This document shows positions 1 through 9,482 of a DNA stretch of 64,000 bases, in pieces. The position numbers were made by a program, and so were the translations under genes. Below the pieces are notes generated by a model that was not told where the DNA came from, did no database searches, and saw only the letters and a list, made by a program, of their open reading frames with translations. Position 1 is the stretch's first letter, and each line of letters starts with the position of its first letter. Location: the IMG/VR virus record IMGVR_UViG_3300010389_000001, positions 124,001 to 188,000 of that record, one strand, 5' to 3'.

Positions 1-7
1 GGGGATA

Positions 8-196
8 ATGCCGCCGGTTGATAAGGGCATAAATGTAATGGTTATTTATTTCGTTTTAAACGTTATGATAAATCAAAGAATAAGGATTTTAGAATCCTCT
101 ATTAAAAAAGTCGAAAGTTTCGTAGACCAGATCGGCGCGCTGCCTAATATAATTGAGAGGCTGGAACGGCTCGAAAGAAAGGAGGAGGAAAAATGA
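8..196 (+). CDS. hypothetical protein (short coiled coil)
   Basis: 62-aa ORF overlapping the next start (ATGA); true start may be a later ATG. Confidence 0.5.
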   Translation: MPPVDKGINVMVIYFVLNVMINQRIRILESSIKKVESFVDQIGALPNIIERLERLERKEEEK

Positions 197-747
197 CGCT
201 ACTGCACAAGGTTGCATTCAGCAATAATTTTTCACTGGACAATATTGACATTCAGCCAATTCGTGATATTATCGATATGCTGCCAAAGAATGGTGTTGTT
301 GATCTAAACATCGCCGAAAGAGGTCTTCTGCTAACTCTTGAGGCCCAGAACCTCTGTCAGGAGCGAATTATTGAAATTGATCGACTAATTGGTTCTTTGG
401 AGTCTGACAAAAATCGAGCATGGTCTAATGCGGCCCTAAGCAAAGCGAAGGAAGCTGGTTACAAAACTGCCAAAGATAAAGAGTGGTTTGCCCAAGCAGA
501 TGACGAATACATTAAGGCTTGCAACAACTTGACTATGGCAAAGGCCTGCAAGAAGTGGCTTGAAAATAAGGCTAGCTATTTCTCTGGATGGCACTATTCT
601 CTAAAGACATTTTTAAAGAGAGATTATTCTATTGAAATGTCTAGTAATATTCCATATAATGGAGTAGATGCATCTTCTGGAACACTCCCTTCCCGAAGAG
701 AAGAAGATGATATCATCGTAGATGATAGCGACAGTCCCTGGGAGTAA
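193..747 (+). CDS. hypothetical helical protein, possibly UvsY-like recombination mediator
   Basis: Helical 184 aa with acidic tail; segment FAQADDEYIKACNNL...WLENKASYF...SLKTFL resembles the UvsY C-terminal helices; adjacent to SSB and RecA. Confidence 0.35.
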   Translation: MTLLHKVAFSNNFSLDNIDIQPIRDIIDMLPKNGVVDLNIAERGLLLTLEAQNLCQERIIEIDRLIGSLESDKNRAWSNAALSKAKEAGYKTAKDKEWFAQADDEYIKACNNLTMAKACKKWLENKASYFSGWHYSLKTFLKRDYSIEMSSNIPYNGVDASSGTLPSRREEDDIIVDDSDSPWE

Positions 748-817
748 ATCCTCAAAAAAACAATGGCGCTAATTTGCAATAATGCAATAATTGCCTAAAA
801 ACAAATAGGAGTAAGAA

Positions 818-1438
818 ATGTCAAACATGGTATTTGGTGAAGTAGATTGGAATGCAGCAGACTCAGGTTCAGGCGGAAAGTCTGACTTCATGAGGCTCGA
901 AGAGGGCGAGAACACCGTTCGAGTTATGGGTAACCCCGTTCAGTTTTACATCCACTGGATCGTAGGCTCAGACGGCAAGAAGGGTAAGATCAACTCTCCC
1001 GTCAACAATCCCGAGCTTGTCTCTAGGCTTGAGGACTCTGGTTTTAAGCGCCAGGCCCGATGGCTAATCAAGGTTCTTGATCGTAGTGACGATTGCTTCC
1101 GTCTTCTTGAGGTTGGCCCTCAGATTTACAACGGAATCAAGGCTCTTTACAACAACAGCCGGTGGGGAAAGGTAACTCAGTATGATATCACCATTCTCCG
1201 TGGAGCACCTGGGCAGCAGCCGCTTTACAGCGTGCAGCCAAACCCGAAGGAAAGTCTATCATCTGACTTTAAGGCTAAGTTTATGGAGTTTAACGACAGA
1301 GTTAATGTTGAAAAGGCAATTTCCCCTTCAACGGCTGAGGCTGTATGTGAGCGAATGGGCTGGTCAAGCAGCGATGCGTCCAGCTCAACGACTGACACGA
1401 CCGCAGCGGATGATGATTTTGACTTTGATTTTGAGTAG
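818..1438 (+). CDS. ssb: phage single-stranded DNA-binding protein
   Basis: DFMRLEEGENTVRVM...FYIHW N-terminus and acidic/aromatic tail DDDFDFDFE; AGGAG RBS. Confidence 0.7.
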   Translation: MSNMVFGEVDWNAADSGSGGKSDFMRLEEGENTVRVMGNPVQFYIHWIVGSDGKKGKINSPVNNPELVSRLEDSGFKRQARWLIKVLDRSDDCFRLLEVGPQIYNGIKALYNNSRWGKVTQYDITILRGAPGQQPLYSVQPNPKESLSSDFKAKFMEFNDRVNVEKAISPSTAEAVCERMGWSSSDASSSTTDTTAADDDFDFDFE

Positions 1439-1466
1439 TTTTTAGAAAAATAAAATTACTTTTCAG

Positions 1467-1499
1467 AGGCGCGTAAAGTATAATCTTTACGCGCCTTTT
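1467..1499 (+). terminator. perfect 12-bp hairpin with TATAAT loop and short T tract
   Basis: AGGCGCGTAAAG-TATAAT-CTTTACGCGCCT-TTT after the ssb stop. Confidence 0.7.
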
Positions 1500-1502
1500 G
1501 TT

Positions 1503-2072
1503 ATGAAGAAAGTAATTGGATTAGACATATCATCATCGACTGTCGGCTGGGCCGTTATGTCTTACGATAAAGATGGCTGCACCTTAGAAGAGTACGGTCA
1601 TATTAAGCCAATGAAGTCGGCAAAAGGATCCCTATCTGTTAGGTCGGCAGATTATCTCGATAAGATAATGAATTTCTTATCTGATAAATCTCCAGATTCT
1701 GTTGCCATAGAAGCTTATGCGAATAAGTTCTCAAGAGGAAGGAGTACTGCCAGGACAATTATTGTCTTATCAGTTTTTAATGAAGTAACGTCTATAGGCT
1801 CAATAAAGTCAGTTGGAATTGAGCCAAGCAGATATGCCGTTGTTTCAATTAGGTCTGTTTTATCTAAAATTGCAGGTAAGAAGATATCCTCTAAAGAGGA
1901 AGCCTTTGATTTTATTGTAGAAAAATTTAAAGGATTTGAGATAAGAAAGAAAAAAACAGGCTCTATAAAAGACGAGTGTTTCGACGAAGCTGACGCTATA
2001 GCCGTAGCGTTAACGCATATTTACAAGGAGTTAGATAATGGCAAAGGATTTAACTTACAGCGGATCGGCTAG
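1503..2072 (+). CDS. ruvC: RuvC-like Holliday junction resolvase
   Basis: VIGLDISSSTVGWAV, VAIEAY and DEADAIAVA acidic catalytic motifs of the RNase H/RuvC fold. Confidence 0.85.
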   Translation: MKKVIGLDISSSTVGWAVMSYDKDGCTLEEYGHIKPMKSAKGSLSVRSADYLDKIMNFLSDKSPDSVAIEAYANKFSRGRSTARTIIVLSVFNEVTSIGSIKSVGIEPSRYAVVSIRSVLSKIAGKKISSKEEAFDFIVEKFKGFEIRKKKTGSIKDECFDEADAIAVALTHIYKELDNGKGFNLQRIG

Positions 2073-3675
2073 AGAGAAGATCTTGGCTGGGTCACAAAAG
2101 CTATCCAAGACGGTGGCTGTAACCATGGGGCCTCAGGGGAAAAATGTTATCCTAGGCAAGTTTGTTGGTGCGCCAGTCCTAACCAAGGATGGCGTCTCTG
2201 TTGCAAGAGAGGTAGTGCTAGAGGATCCTGTTGAGGACTTGTCGTGTCAGTTAATCAAGGAGGCGGCAGGAAGGACTGCCGCGATAGCTGGCGACGGAAC
2301 TACCACTGCAACTGTATTGGCCGACGAAATTCTTAAGAACGGGTGCGAGTTACTTGAGACCGGATACTCTCCACTTAATTTGAAGAGGGGCGTCGAGGCT
2401 GCAAAGCAAGCTATTTTCAAAAAGCTCGATGAAATGAAGAATGATGCAAAAACCATTGAGGTTTTAAGGAATATTGCCACTATATCCGCAAACAATGATG
2501 AAGATCTCGGCTCCAGCATAGCTGAGGCATTCTTTTCTGTTGACATGGAAGGCACCGTTATAGCCAAAGCCTCTCCGGGAATAGGAAATAGCGTGAATAT
2601 AGTCGACGGCATAGAGCTTGATAGCGGCTGGATTTCTCCCGCATTTGCCCTGGACGGAGCAACGGAAGTTGTTCTTGAAAAATGCAAAGTTCTTATATGC
2701 AACGAAGAAATGTCAAACCTAAATCTTTACCTAAAGCTTCTGCACACCTTATCCGAATCAAATACTCCAATCTTGATTCTTGCAAAAGATGTAAACAGAG
2801 AGGTTCTTCAGACCCTTGTTACGAACAATAAGCTGGGAAGGCTCAAGGCAGTTGCGGTTAAGATGCCCGTTTTAGGCGTTGCCCAAGACGAGTGGGTTAG
2901 CGCACTCTCTGCTCTAGTCGGAACCCGTGTTGCCGGAACCGATTGTTCTGTTTCCGACCTGGAAGTATCAGACCTAGGCTTCGCAAATAGGGTAATTGTA
3001 AATCAGTACTCAACTAGGATCGTAGAAGGAAGGAAGGACGAAGCACGGGTCGCAGAAAAGATTTCGATCTATGAGTCTGATACAGAAAAGCTTATATCCG
3101 AGCAGATGCTGATCGATGCTAAAAATAGAATATCCTTCCTTAGAAGTAAGGCTGCGGTCATATCTGTAGGTTATTCTACTGAGCTTGAGCTAAGAGAAAA
3201 GGGCGACCGGGTTGAAGACGCCATTTGCGCAACTAAGGCTGCGATAGAAGAGGGATACGTACCAGGCGGGGGTACGGCGCTCTTAAGGGCTTCGAGTATG
3301 GTCGACACCTCCTTGTTCCCGGATGATATTCTTCCTGCAGTTAGAGTTATTTTGAACGCATGCAGAAGGCCGATCACCCAAATCATAATGAATGCTGATT
3401 TAGATCCAAAAGATATAATCAATACGGTACTTGCATCTGATGATGTTAACTTCGGATACAATGCTGCTACAAATACTTTCGAGAATCTTGTTACAGCGGG
3501 GGTCATTGATCCAAAAAAAGTTACTAGAACAGCACTAGAAAATGCTGCTAGCATATCTATGCTGCTTATAAATACTGGAGCGGTAGTTTCCGAGCAGCCG
3601 AATAATCCATCTAGCTGGCAGCCTCCAGCTGGATGGCGCCCTCCAGAAGAGGGAAAGCTATCACACAAATACTAG
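2038..3675 (+). CDS. groEL: group I chaperonin GroEL (phage-encoded)
   Basis: VTMGPQGKNV, LTKDGVSVARE, AGDGTTTATVLA, RVEDA, GGGTALLRA, GVIDPKKVTRTALENAASI; no GGM tail. Confidence 0.97.
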   Translation: MAKDLTYSGSAREKILAGSQKLSKTVAVTMGPQGKNVILGKFVGAPVLTKDGVSVAREVVLEDPVEDLSCQLIKEAAGRTAAIAGDGTTTATVLADEILKNGCELLETGYSPLNLKRGVEAAKQAIFKKLDEMKNDAKTIEVLRNIATISANNDEDLGSSIAEAFFSVDMEGTVIAKASPGIGNSVNIVDGIELDSGWISPAFALDGATEVVLEKCKVLICNEEMSNLNLYLKLLHTLSESNTPILILAKDVNREVLQTLVTNNKLGRLKAVAVKMPVLGVAQDEWVSALSALVGTRVAGTDCSVSDLEVSDLGFANRVIVNQYSTRIVEGRKDEARVAEKISIYESDTEKLISEQMLIDAKNRISFLRSKAAVISVGYSTELELREKGDRVEDAICATKAAIEEGYVPGGGTALLRASSMVDTSLFPDDILPAVRVILNACRRPITQIIMNADLDPKDIINTVLASDDVNFGYNAATNTFENLVTAGVIDPKKVTRTALENAASISMLLINTGAVVSEQPNNPSSWQPPAGWRPPEEGKLSHKY

Positions 3676-3685
3676 AGGAGTTGTA

Positions 3686-5245
3686 ATGACAAAGAAGGTA
3701 ACCCAATCTGAAGCAGAAAAAGAAATTCTAAAGTTTTTTGGCGAAGATACGGTATTTTTCGATGGCAATATCGCCACGAAATATGAAGCAATCAGCACTG
3801 GAAGCCCCAATCTCGATGAAGCAATCGGCATTGGAGGAATCCCCATGGGCAGAATAACGCAACTCGCTGGCCAAGAAAGCTCTGGAAAAACGATGCTGGC
3901 TCTATCCTGCATTAGAGAGTACCTGAATAAGAATCCGGAAAACACTGCTTTGTTTATCGATGCAGAGTATACCTATGATCCTGTATGGGCGGAGAAGCAA
4001 GGAGTAGATACCTCTCGCGTGATGGTTATCAAGACGAATGATGCAAAAGCAATTTTCGAAGGCCTTATTGGAAAAACAAAAGTTAATTCTGTTACGAAAA
4101 AAGTTTCAAAGTCCATGAAGGGTATTTTGGACTATGTTATTGAAGGCACTGATCCAAAGTTCGCAAAGCTTGGAATAATTATCCTTGACTCTATAGCAGT
4201 GCTAAACACTCCTCTCGAAGTGGCGGCAGAAGTTGGTAAGGCAAACATGGCACCGATTCCAAGATTTCTATCTACTGAGCTTAAAAAGCTAACTCCTGTG
4301 GTAGCTCAGGCGAACGTAGCATTCATTGGAATTAATCAAGTTAGAGTAAACCTGGGGCAGATGTTTGGGGATCCGTCCTGTGTTGATCCATTTTCGACTA
4401 AGATCAAAATAAGATACGCCAAAGAATTTGGGTCTCCACCTGTAACTGAGGGGCTAACATTTTTTGAGTTCGCCAGCAGGTTCTTGCTTCTGACGGATAT
4501 GGAAACTCCAAACACCTTTGATATTTCAGACTTAAACATTGAAATTGAGACCCAGAAAGATGATGGGACAATAGGCTTTGCAAAGCTAGATAAGTTTGTT
4601 ATAAAGCAAAAAGTTGATAAACATTATAAGCTCGGTGATCTGAGAGGCTCCTCTGTACATAGAGTCCTACTGGATGGGGAGTATGTTACGCTAGAGGACC
4701 ATCCTCAAGCAGAGCTGGTGGACGAAGAGCTGCTCATTGTCGACGTAAGTGTGCCCGAAACAGAGAATTACATAGCCAATGGTCAGGTTAATCACAATAC
4801 CTCGCCCGGAGGAAAGGCTCTAAAGCATGCTTGCAGCCTAATGATAAATATGGCTCCTGTATTTTCGGCTGACTCAGTCATAAAAGATGAATCTGGCAGT
4901 AAGATAGGTCATACGGTAAGGGCCAAGATTCAGAAGAACAAAGTTGGCGCTCCATTCCGTCAGGCAGAATACAAGATTAAATATGAGCAAGGCATCGTGG
5001 AGACTGCAAACGAAGTCTTTGATCTGGCGATCAAGTACAACTTAGTGGAGAGGCCAAACAATCAATCCTATATCATAGGTGATGAAAAGATAAGGGGCAG
5101 AGATGCTGCCGTTACTTATTTTGTGGATAACGGTCTTGCTGATGACTACCTTGCTAGGGTCAAGGAAATTTATATTAATGGTGAACCGGAGGTTTCGGCA
5201 GAGCCAGAAGAGTTAGAGGATAATCCTCTTTTAGGAATGGTGTAA
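3686..5245 (+). CDS. recA: RecA recombinase, intein-containing
   Basis: Walker A GQESSGKT, FIDAE, Walker B IIILDSIA, FIGINQVR, PGGKALKH, KNKVGAPFR. Confidence 0.95.
   Translation: MTKKVTQSEAEKEILKFFGEDTVFFDGNIATKYEAISTGSPNLDEAIGIGGIPMGRITQLAGQESSGKTMLALSCIREYLNKNPENTALFIDAEYTYDPVWAEKQGVDTSRVMVIKTNDAKAIFEGLIGKTKVNSVTKKVSKSMKGILDYVIEGTDPKFAKLGIIILDSIAVLNTPLEVAAEVGKANMAPIPRFLSTELKKLTPVVAQANVAFIGINQVRVNLGQMFGDPSCVDPFSTKIKIRYAKEFGSPPVTEGLTFFEFASRFLLLTDMETPNTFDISDLNIEIETQKDDGTIGFAKLDKFVIKQKVDKHYKLGDLRGSSVHRVLLDGEYVTLEDHPQAELVDEELLIVDVSVPETENYIANGQVNHNTSPGGKALKHACSLMINMAPVFSADSVIKDESGSKIGHTVRAKIQKNKVGAPFRQAEYKIKYEQGIVETANEVFDLAIKYNLVERPNNQSYIIGDEKIRGRDAAVTYFVDNGLADDYLARVKEIYINGEPEVSAEPEELEDNPLLGMV
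4379..4798 (+). mobile_element. mini-intein (140 aa) in RecA, no homing endonuclease
   Basis: Starts with Cys (MFGDPS|CVDPF), block B SSVHRV, block F/G IVDVSVPETENYIANGQVNHN, then Thr (TSPGG); removal restores MFGDPS-TSPGG. Confidence 0.92.
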
Positions 5246-5246
5246 T

Positions 5247-5582
5247 ATGTTAGTTAGATGTAATCCAAGATGTAAAGAAAGCAACGGACAAACTGATTGC
5301 TCACTAGACGTTGAGACAAACAATGCTATTTGCAATACTTGCGGAGACGTTCTGTCAGATATTTCTGAATTTAGCAAGCTTTCCATGAAGACGACTGGCG
5401 ACATTATTCGAAACACAAAGAAGAAGGCGTTTACTTTTCCGTGCAACACTTGCGAAAAAGAAGTGCAAACAGCACTGGTCAACGGCGTCTTGGTAGGAAG
5501 AAACTGCCCAAATGATCAGAAGGGCTGTCAAGTAAACATAACAGAAACGATGGTTGCCGCAATCAAAGAATACGGGGAATGA
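5247..5582 (+). CDS. Cys-rich, probable zinc-binding protein
   Basis: 9 Cys including CxxxC and two CxxC in 111 aa. Confidence 0.7.
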   Translation: MLVRCNPRCKESNGQTDCSLDVETNNAICNTCGDVLSDISEFSKLSMKTTGDIIRNTKKKAFTFPCNTCEKEVQTALVNGVLVGRNCPNDQKGCQVNITETMVAAIKEYGE

Positions 5583-5585
5583 TTA

Positions 5586-6344
5586 ATGAACAATCACCAA
5601 GAATTTGATAAGCTTGTTAAAATTTGTCAATCAAATTTGAAAAATTCTAGAGATTGTATTAATTATCTTGTAAGAGAAAGGGGCTTGGATAAGAAAACTA
5701 TTATTCAAAATAAAATAGGTTTCTTTCCCCAAAATATCGCAATGCTGAAGAAGTATGTATCAGAAGAATTCTTGGCACGAACGAACATCACAAATTTTTC
5801 TGGCGGTAGCGATTTTTCTAATTATTTTTATTTAGTATTTCCCATATATTCTGAATACGGCGATCTAGTTGGGATAAGTGGGCGCACGCTATTAGGGCAG
5901 GAGGAGAGAAAGCTTGTTGGAATTCCAAAGTACAAAAACTCCTCTTATAAAAAGGCCGATATACTTTATGGGCTAAATGAATCTAAATGGCATATACTGA
6001 ATAAGAATAATGTGTTTGTTACAGAGGGTTACTTTGATCATATTTCAATGTCAAAGAATGGTTTAAAAAATTCTGTTGCTATTTGTGGCACGGCTTTTTC
6101 TAAAAAGCACTTTATTAAGCTTGCTAGATATGCTGATAAAATAACTTTTATCCTAGATTCTGATGATGCGGGCCAAAAATCAGCCGAAAGAATTTATAAC
6201 AAATTTATTAACAAAGGAATTCGCCTTAGATTCTTAAAGTTGCCGAGCAACTTCAAAGATGTAGATGAGTATTTTTCAAACCAGGAAAACTCCGTCGAAT
6301 CTTTCTTCAAGGATTTTAAGCAAATAATTCCAGAAGCATGGTAG
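5586..6344 (+). CDS. dnaG: DnaG-type DNA primase catalytic core (TOPRIM), lacking N-terminal CHC2 zinc domain
   Basis: YLVRERG, KYKNS, LYGL, VFVTEGYFD, GTAF, LDSDDAGQKSA, KDVDE. Confidence 0.9.
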   Translation: MNNHQEFDKLVKICQSNLKNSRDCINYLVRERGLDKKTIIQNKIGFFPQNIAMLKKYVSEEFLARTNITNFSGGSDFSNYFYLVFPIYSEYGDLVGISGRTLLGQEERKLVGIPKYKNSSYKKADILYGLNESKWHILNKNNVFVTEGYFDHISMSKNGLKNSVAICGTAFSKKHFIKLARYADKITFILDSDDAGQKSAERIYNKFINKGIRLRFLKLPSNFKDVDEYFSNQENSVESFFKDFKQIIPEAW

Positions 6345-6348
6345 TAAA

Positions 6349-6798
6349 ATGGGAAAAAGCAAGTCTTATCAATATAAAATAGTTGAGGTATCTTTCGATG
6401 CCTCAAAATTAAACAACTTCTCTAATGAGAATGGAATAAGCAATATGCTTGAAACAAACGCTTTAGATGATAGGCTTGTTGAACTCAAATCTGAATTATT
6501 AGGCGAAATTTACGATATAATTAATGGCGACTATTTAACGGAGCATCAAAAGAAGATCTTGTTTATGAGACTTATGGGTAAGACGCAGAACGAAATAGCT
6601 GATCACCTAGGAATAACTCAGTCCGCAGTACACAAGGCGATGCACGGAAATATAGATTACAGAAATCAGAAAAAAAGATACGGCGGTATAGTTAAAAAGC
6701 TTCAAAAGCTATGCAAGAATAATGATAAGGTTAAGGATATTCTGCTAAGAATATCCGACATTAAAAAGGAAAGTTCGGAAGAAGAAGGCTACTACTAA
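6349..6798 (+). CDS. sigma-70 region 4-like helix-turn-helix protein
   Basis: LTEHQKKILFMRLMGKTQNEIADHLGITQSAVHKAM. Confidence 0.7.
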   Translation: MGKSKSYQYKIVEVSFDASKLNNFSNENGISNMLETNALDDRLVELKSELLGEIYDIINGDYLTEHQKKILFMRLMGKTQNEIADHLGITQSAVHKAMHGNIDYRNQKKRYGGIVKKLQKLCKNNDKVKDILLRISDIKKESSEEEGYY

Positions 6799-6800
6799 TA
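6792..6800 (+). promoter_or_regulatory. candidate late-promoter motif CTACTAATA (variant CTATTAATA at 6837-6845)
   Basis: First copy lies at the boundary between the replication and head blocks. Confidence 0.4.
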
Positions 6801-6873
6801 ATATCTATTTTTAAGCACGCTATAGATATTTTATTTCTATTAATAAGACAAAATTACATTAGGAGCCTCTTAG

Positions 6874-7350
6874 ATGTCTGAACTAGATGATATTTTATTA
6901 AAACTTTCTCAGAAGCAAGAAACGAATCCAACTTACAAAGATCGAATAGAGCTTACCGAAGAAGTTAAGATCAAAAAGGTTGCATTCGATATGGTTAAGG
7001 TTTTCGGAGATAACTATGACGATCTCTGGAGAGTAGAGAAAGAAGGTGAGTCAACGTTCCTAGTTAGAAGCTCACACCCTAGATACGGCGTCGAAGAGGC
7101 TGGAGACTGGTCTGCTCAAAGCAATCATGCATCTAGTGCTGTAACGCTTGCATACAGGGGCGTCCCGATTTGTTCGTTTTCCTCTGATGAATATGGCTTT
7201 TCTAAAGATGATGTTTTTACCTTTAAGACTGCGCTGCTAGATTTGGCGAAAAATGATCCGCTCTTTGTTAACAAGGTTGTTGATGCCCAGCTGGAGGCGA
7301 AGGCAAGCGCTATAAAGCAAGTATTTCCAGATTTATTTAAAAAGAACTAA
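6874..7350 (+). CDS. hypothetical head-module protein
   Basis: 158-aa ORF with AGGAG RBS; IKKVAF motif. Confidence 0.75.
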   Translation: MSELDDILLKLSQKQETNPTYKDRIELTEEVKIKKVAFDMVKVFGDNYDDLWRVEKEGESTFLVRSSHPRYGVEEAGDWSAQSNHASSAVTLAYRGVPICSFSSDEYGFSKDDVFTFKTALLDLAKNDPLFVNKVVDAQLEAKASAIKQVFPDLFKKN

Positions 7351-7365
7351 TTAAGGATAAATAAG

Positions 7366-8925
7366 ATGAATGAAATAAAAAAGATAGCAAGAGAAGCTCA
7401 GAAGGCATTAGACAAGATTGCTAATGGCAAAAAGTATTCTGCAAGCTATGTTTGCGAAAGAGTGGAGCTTGCAAAAGCTAGCAACCCCGGCGACGTAGCC
7501 ATTGGCTATGCAAGAGATATCTTTACGAAAAGGGCATCCACGCAAGAGTTCTTTACCGAAAAAGAAATTTCAGATGTATATAATGCTATATCCGGACTTT
7601 CCGCCGGAAAAAGTGCATTCAGAGAAGTCTTAGGGGATCTAATGACCGATAGCCCGGTTGATTCTGTGAGACAGAAAACCGCAAGCCTAAGCTCAAGAAT
7701 TGCCTATGAAAATGAGCTAAAGCCACTATATGGAGATTCGGAGCTATCTAGGGAGCTGGCAGGAATATTTTCACTAGATAAGAAGGCCTCCTTCTCAGCC
7801 TTGTCCGACAACACTTTGACGAAGGCTGCAAAGTTTGCAAAAGTTCAGCTAACATCACTTGGCTGCCCTCCGAGCAACGTTTCTGTCGTAAAGTCTAATG
7901 AGCATTTCATCCTATGCAATGCCTCCATTGACACTTCGGACTTCACACAGGTAAATGTGCCCATCCCCGTTCAGGTAACGAACGGCATTCCCGAGCTTCC
8001 AAATACATTTATCCAGGATAATGATATTGTAAAGCTTAATAAAGAAAACCTTTATGTTTTTATCAAGGATAAGAATAACCACAAGAAGAAGGCTGCAAGA
8101 GATGGCTTTGTAGGCCAGCGTGCCGCAGGAAGCGTCAGAGTCGATACTCCGGATGTTCCTAAGGAGCTGGAGAGATATGCTGATCTAGACAACAATTTAA
8201 TCGCCGCAGCATCGACGTTCTCTACAAGAGAGGTGTCTAGGGCTACAGCGATTGTTTCCTCCGAGCTTTCTGCCCTTGGCCTAAAGAATGCCCAGGTCAA
8301 GCTGGCCGGCTGTGACGAAAGAAGCCTGCATTATCAGGCGAGCATTCCTTCTCCGAATGGCCAGATGCACGCAGACGTTTGCGTCGATATGCCTAACGGC
8401 TCAGCTGTAATTCCAACCACCTTTAAAGCTGCTGGCGAAACCTATAAGCTAAATAGAGCCGGCCTAAGGTCTGCGATAAGAAACACAGAGGCGGCAGGCC
8501 TGCACAACAAAGTGTCAAGAGAAATTGAGAGCATGGAGAGACTCAACTATTCTCAGCTAATTGGCGAGATGGAGTCAGGAATTGCTAACTCTGATTATAA
8601 GCGAGCAGAAAATGCTCTCTCTGCAATTCAGACTAGATTTGATCCAACCCAGCACCTTGCCGCTCTGGATCATTACTCAAAGCTTCTAAAGCATTCCTCC
8701 ACCGGATCAGACAGAGATGCTCTAATTAAGGCTGCCGTTGAGAGAGGAGATCTCATAAGCCTGCCAACGTCTGTGCAGCTTTATTGTCCAAAACTAGGTC
8801 TGCCGCTCAGCAAGATCGCCTTTGACGAAAAGGGCCGCCCCATCCCCGCTATGAGAGCATTCTCTGCTGGTGATCTAAGTGAGACGGGAGCTATGATCTC
8901 AACTTCGAAGATTTCATTATCATAG
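7366..8925 (+). CDS. hypothetical head-module protein
   Basis: 519-aa ORF; several K-x-A motifs. Confidence 0.8.
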   Translation: MNEIKKIAREAQKALDKIANGKKYSASYVCERVELAKASNPGDVAIGYARDIFTKRASTQEFFTEKEISDVYNAISGLSAGKSAFREVLGDLMTDSPVDSVRQKTASLSSRIAYENELKPLYGDSELSRELAGIFSLDKKASFSALSDNTLTKAAKFAKVQLTSLGCPPSNVSVVKSNEHFILCNASIDTSDFTQVNVPIPVQVTNGIPELPNTFIQDNDIVKLNKENLYVFIKDKNNHKKKAARDGFVGQRAAGSVRVDTPDVPKELERYADLDNNLIAAASTFSTREVSRATAIVSSELSALGLKNAQVKLAGCDERSLHYQASIPSPNGQMHADVCVDMPNGSAVIPTTFKAAGETYKLNRAGLRSAIRNTEAAGLHNKVSREIESMERLNYSQLIGEMESGIANSDYKRAENALSAIQTRFDPTQHLAALDHYSKLLKHSSTGSDRDALIKAAVERGDLISLPTSVQLYCPKLGLPLSKIAFDEKGRPIPAMRAFSAGDLSETGAMISTSKISLS

Positions 8926-8932
8926 GTGCATC

Positions 8933-9421
8933 ATGGCTATAAATAGACTGAGAAAATTAAAATTATATAATAGAATAACAAAGATCGCCGAAGCAGATCA
9001 GCACGGCATCTTCGAAAGCTTTCAGGGCGCTTCCATAGAGGAAAATACCAGAGACAAGTATCTTAGCGAGAAGCATAATACGCCAGTCGACAGAACGACC
9101 GAAGCTCTCTACAACCTTGCTCCCGAGCATGCTGACAGCAATCCCAATACCACTGCCGCACCCAGCGCTCCCCTTTCCACTAGGTATGTACCAGGCCTCG
9201 CAGGAGTTCAATCAAGAAGAATAGGGGATGGGGTCGTCGAGGACCCTCTGACGGGCAAGAAGTTTGATTATAATGAGGGCTTTAAGATTGGGGATCAGGT
9301 ATACAATCCTGGCGACGTTTCCCTTCAGACTAGCTTAACTCATTTTGCAAATCACCTAGATAATATCGGACTTATAAAAGAAGCTGACCTAGTTGATGAA
9401 ATTATCTCTAGCATCAAATAA
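8933..9421 (+). CDS. hypothetical head-module protein with C-terminal helical-hairpin module
   Basis: 162-aa ORF ending ANHLDNIGLIKEADLV. Confidence 0.75.
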   Translation: MAINRLRKLKLYNRITKIAEADQHGIFESFQGASIEENTRDKYLSEKHNTPVDRTTEALYNLAPEHADSNPNTTAAPSAPLSTRYVPGLAGVQSRRIGDGVVEDPLTGKKFDYNEGFKIGDQVYNPGDVSLQTSLTHFANHLDNIGLIKEADLVDEIISSIK

Positions 9422-9444
9422 TATTCTGATTATTAAATTATAAT

Positions 9445-9482
9445 AATATCTCGGCATAGTAATATATAGCCGAGATATTTTT
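9445..9482 (+). terminator. 11-bp hairpin plus T tract
   Basis: AATATCTCGGC(9445-9455)...GCCGAGATATT(9469-9479), then T run; loop contains TAGTAAT. Confidence 0.6.

Noticed and set aside
760-800. GCAATAA repeats and small palindrome upstream of ssb
   Set aside because: Short, AT-rich, seen once; a translational operator cannot be supported
2038-6344. groEL/recA/dnaG as a sign of bacterial chromosome or prophage flank
   Set aside because: Divergent sequences, no groES, tight coupling with phage-type ssb and resolvase, and continuity with virion genes
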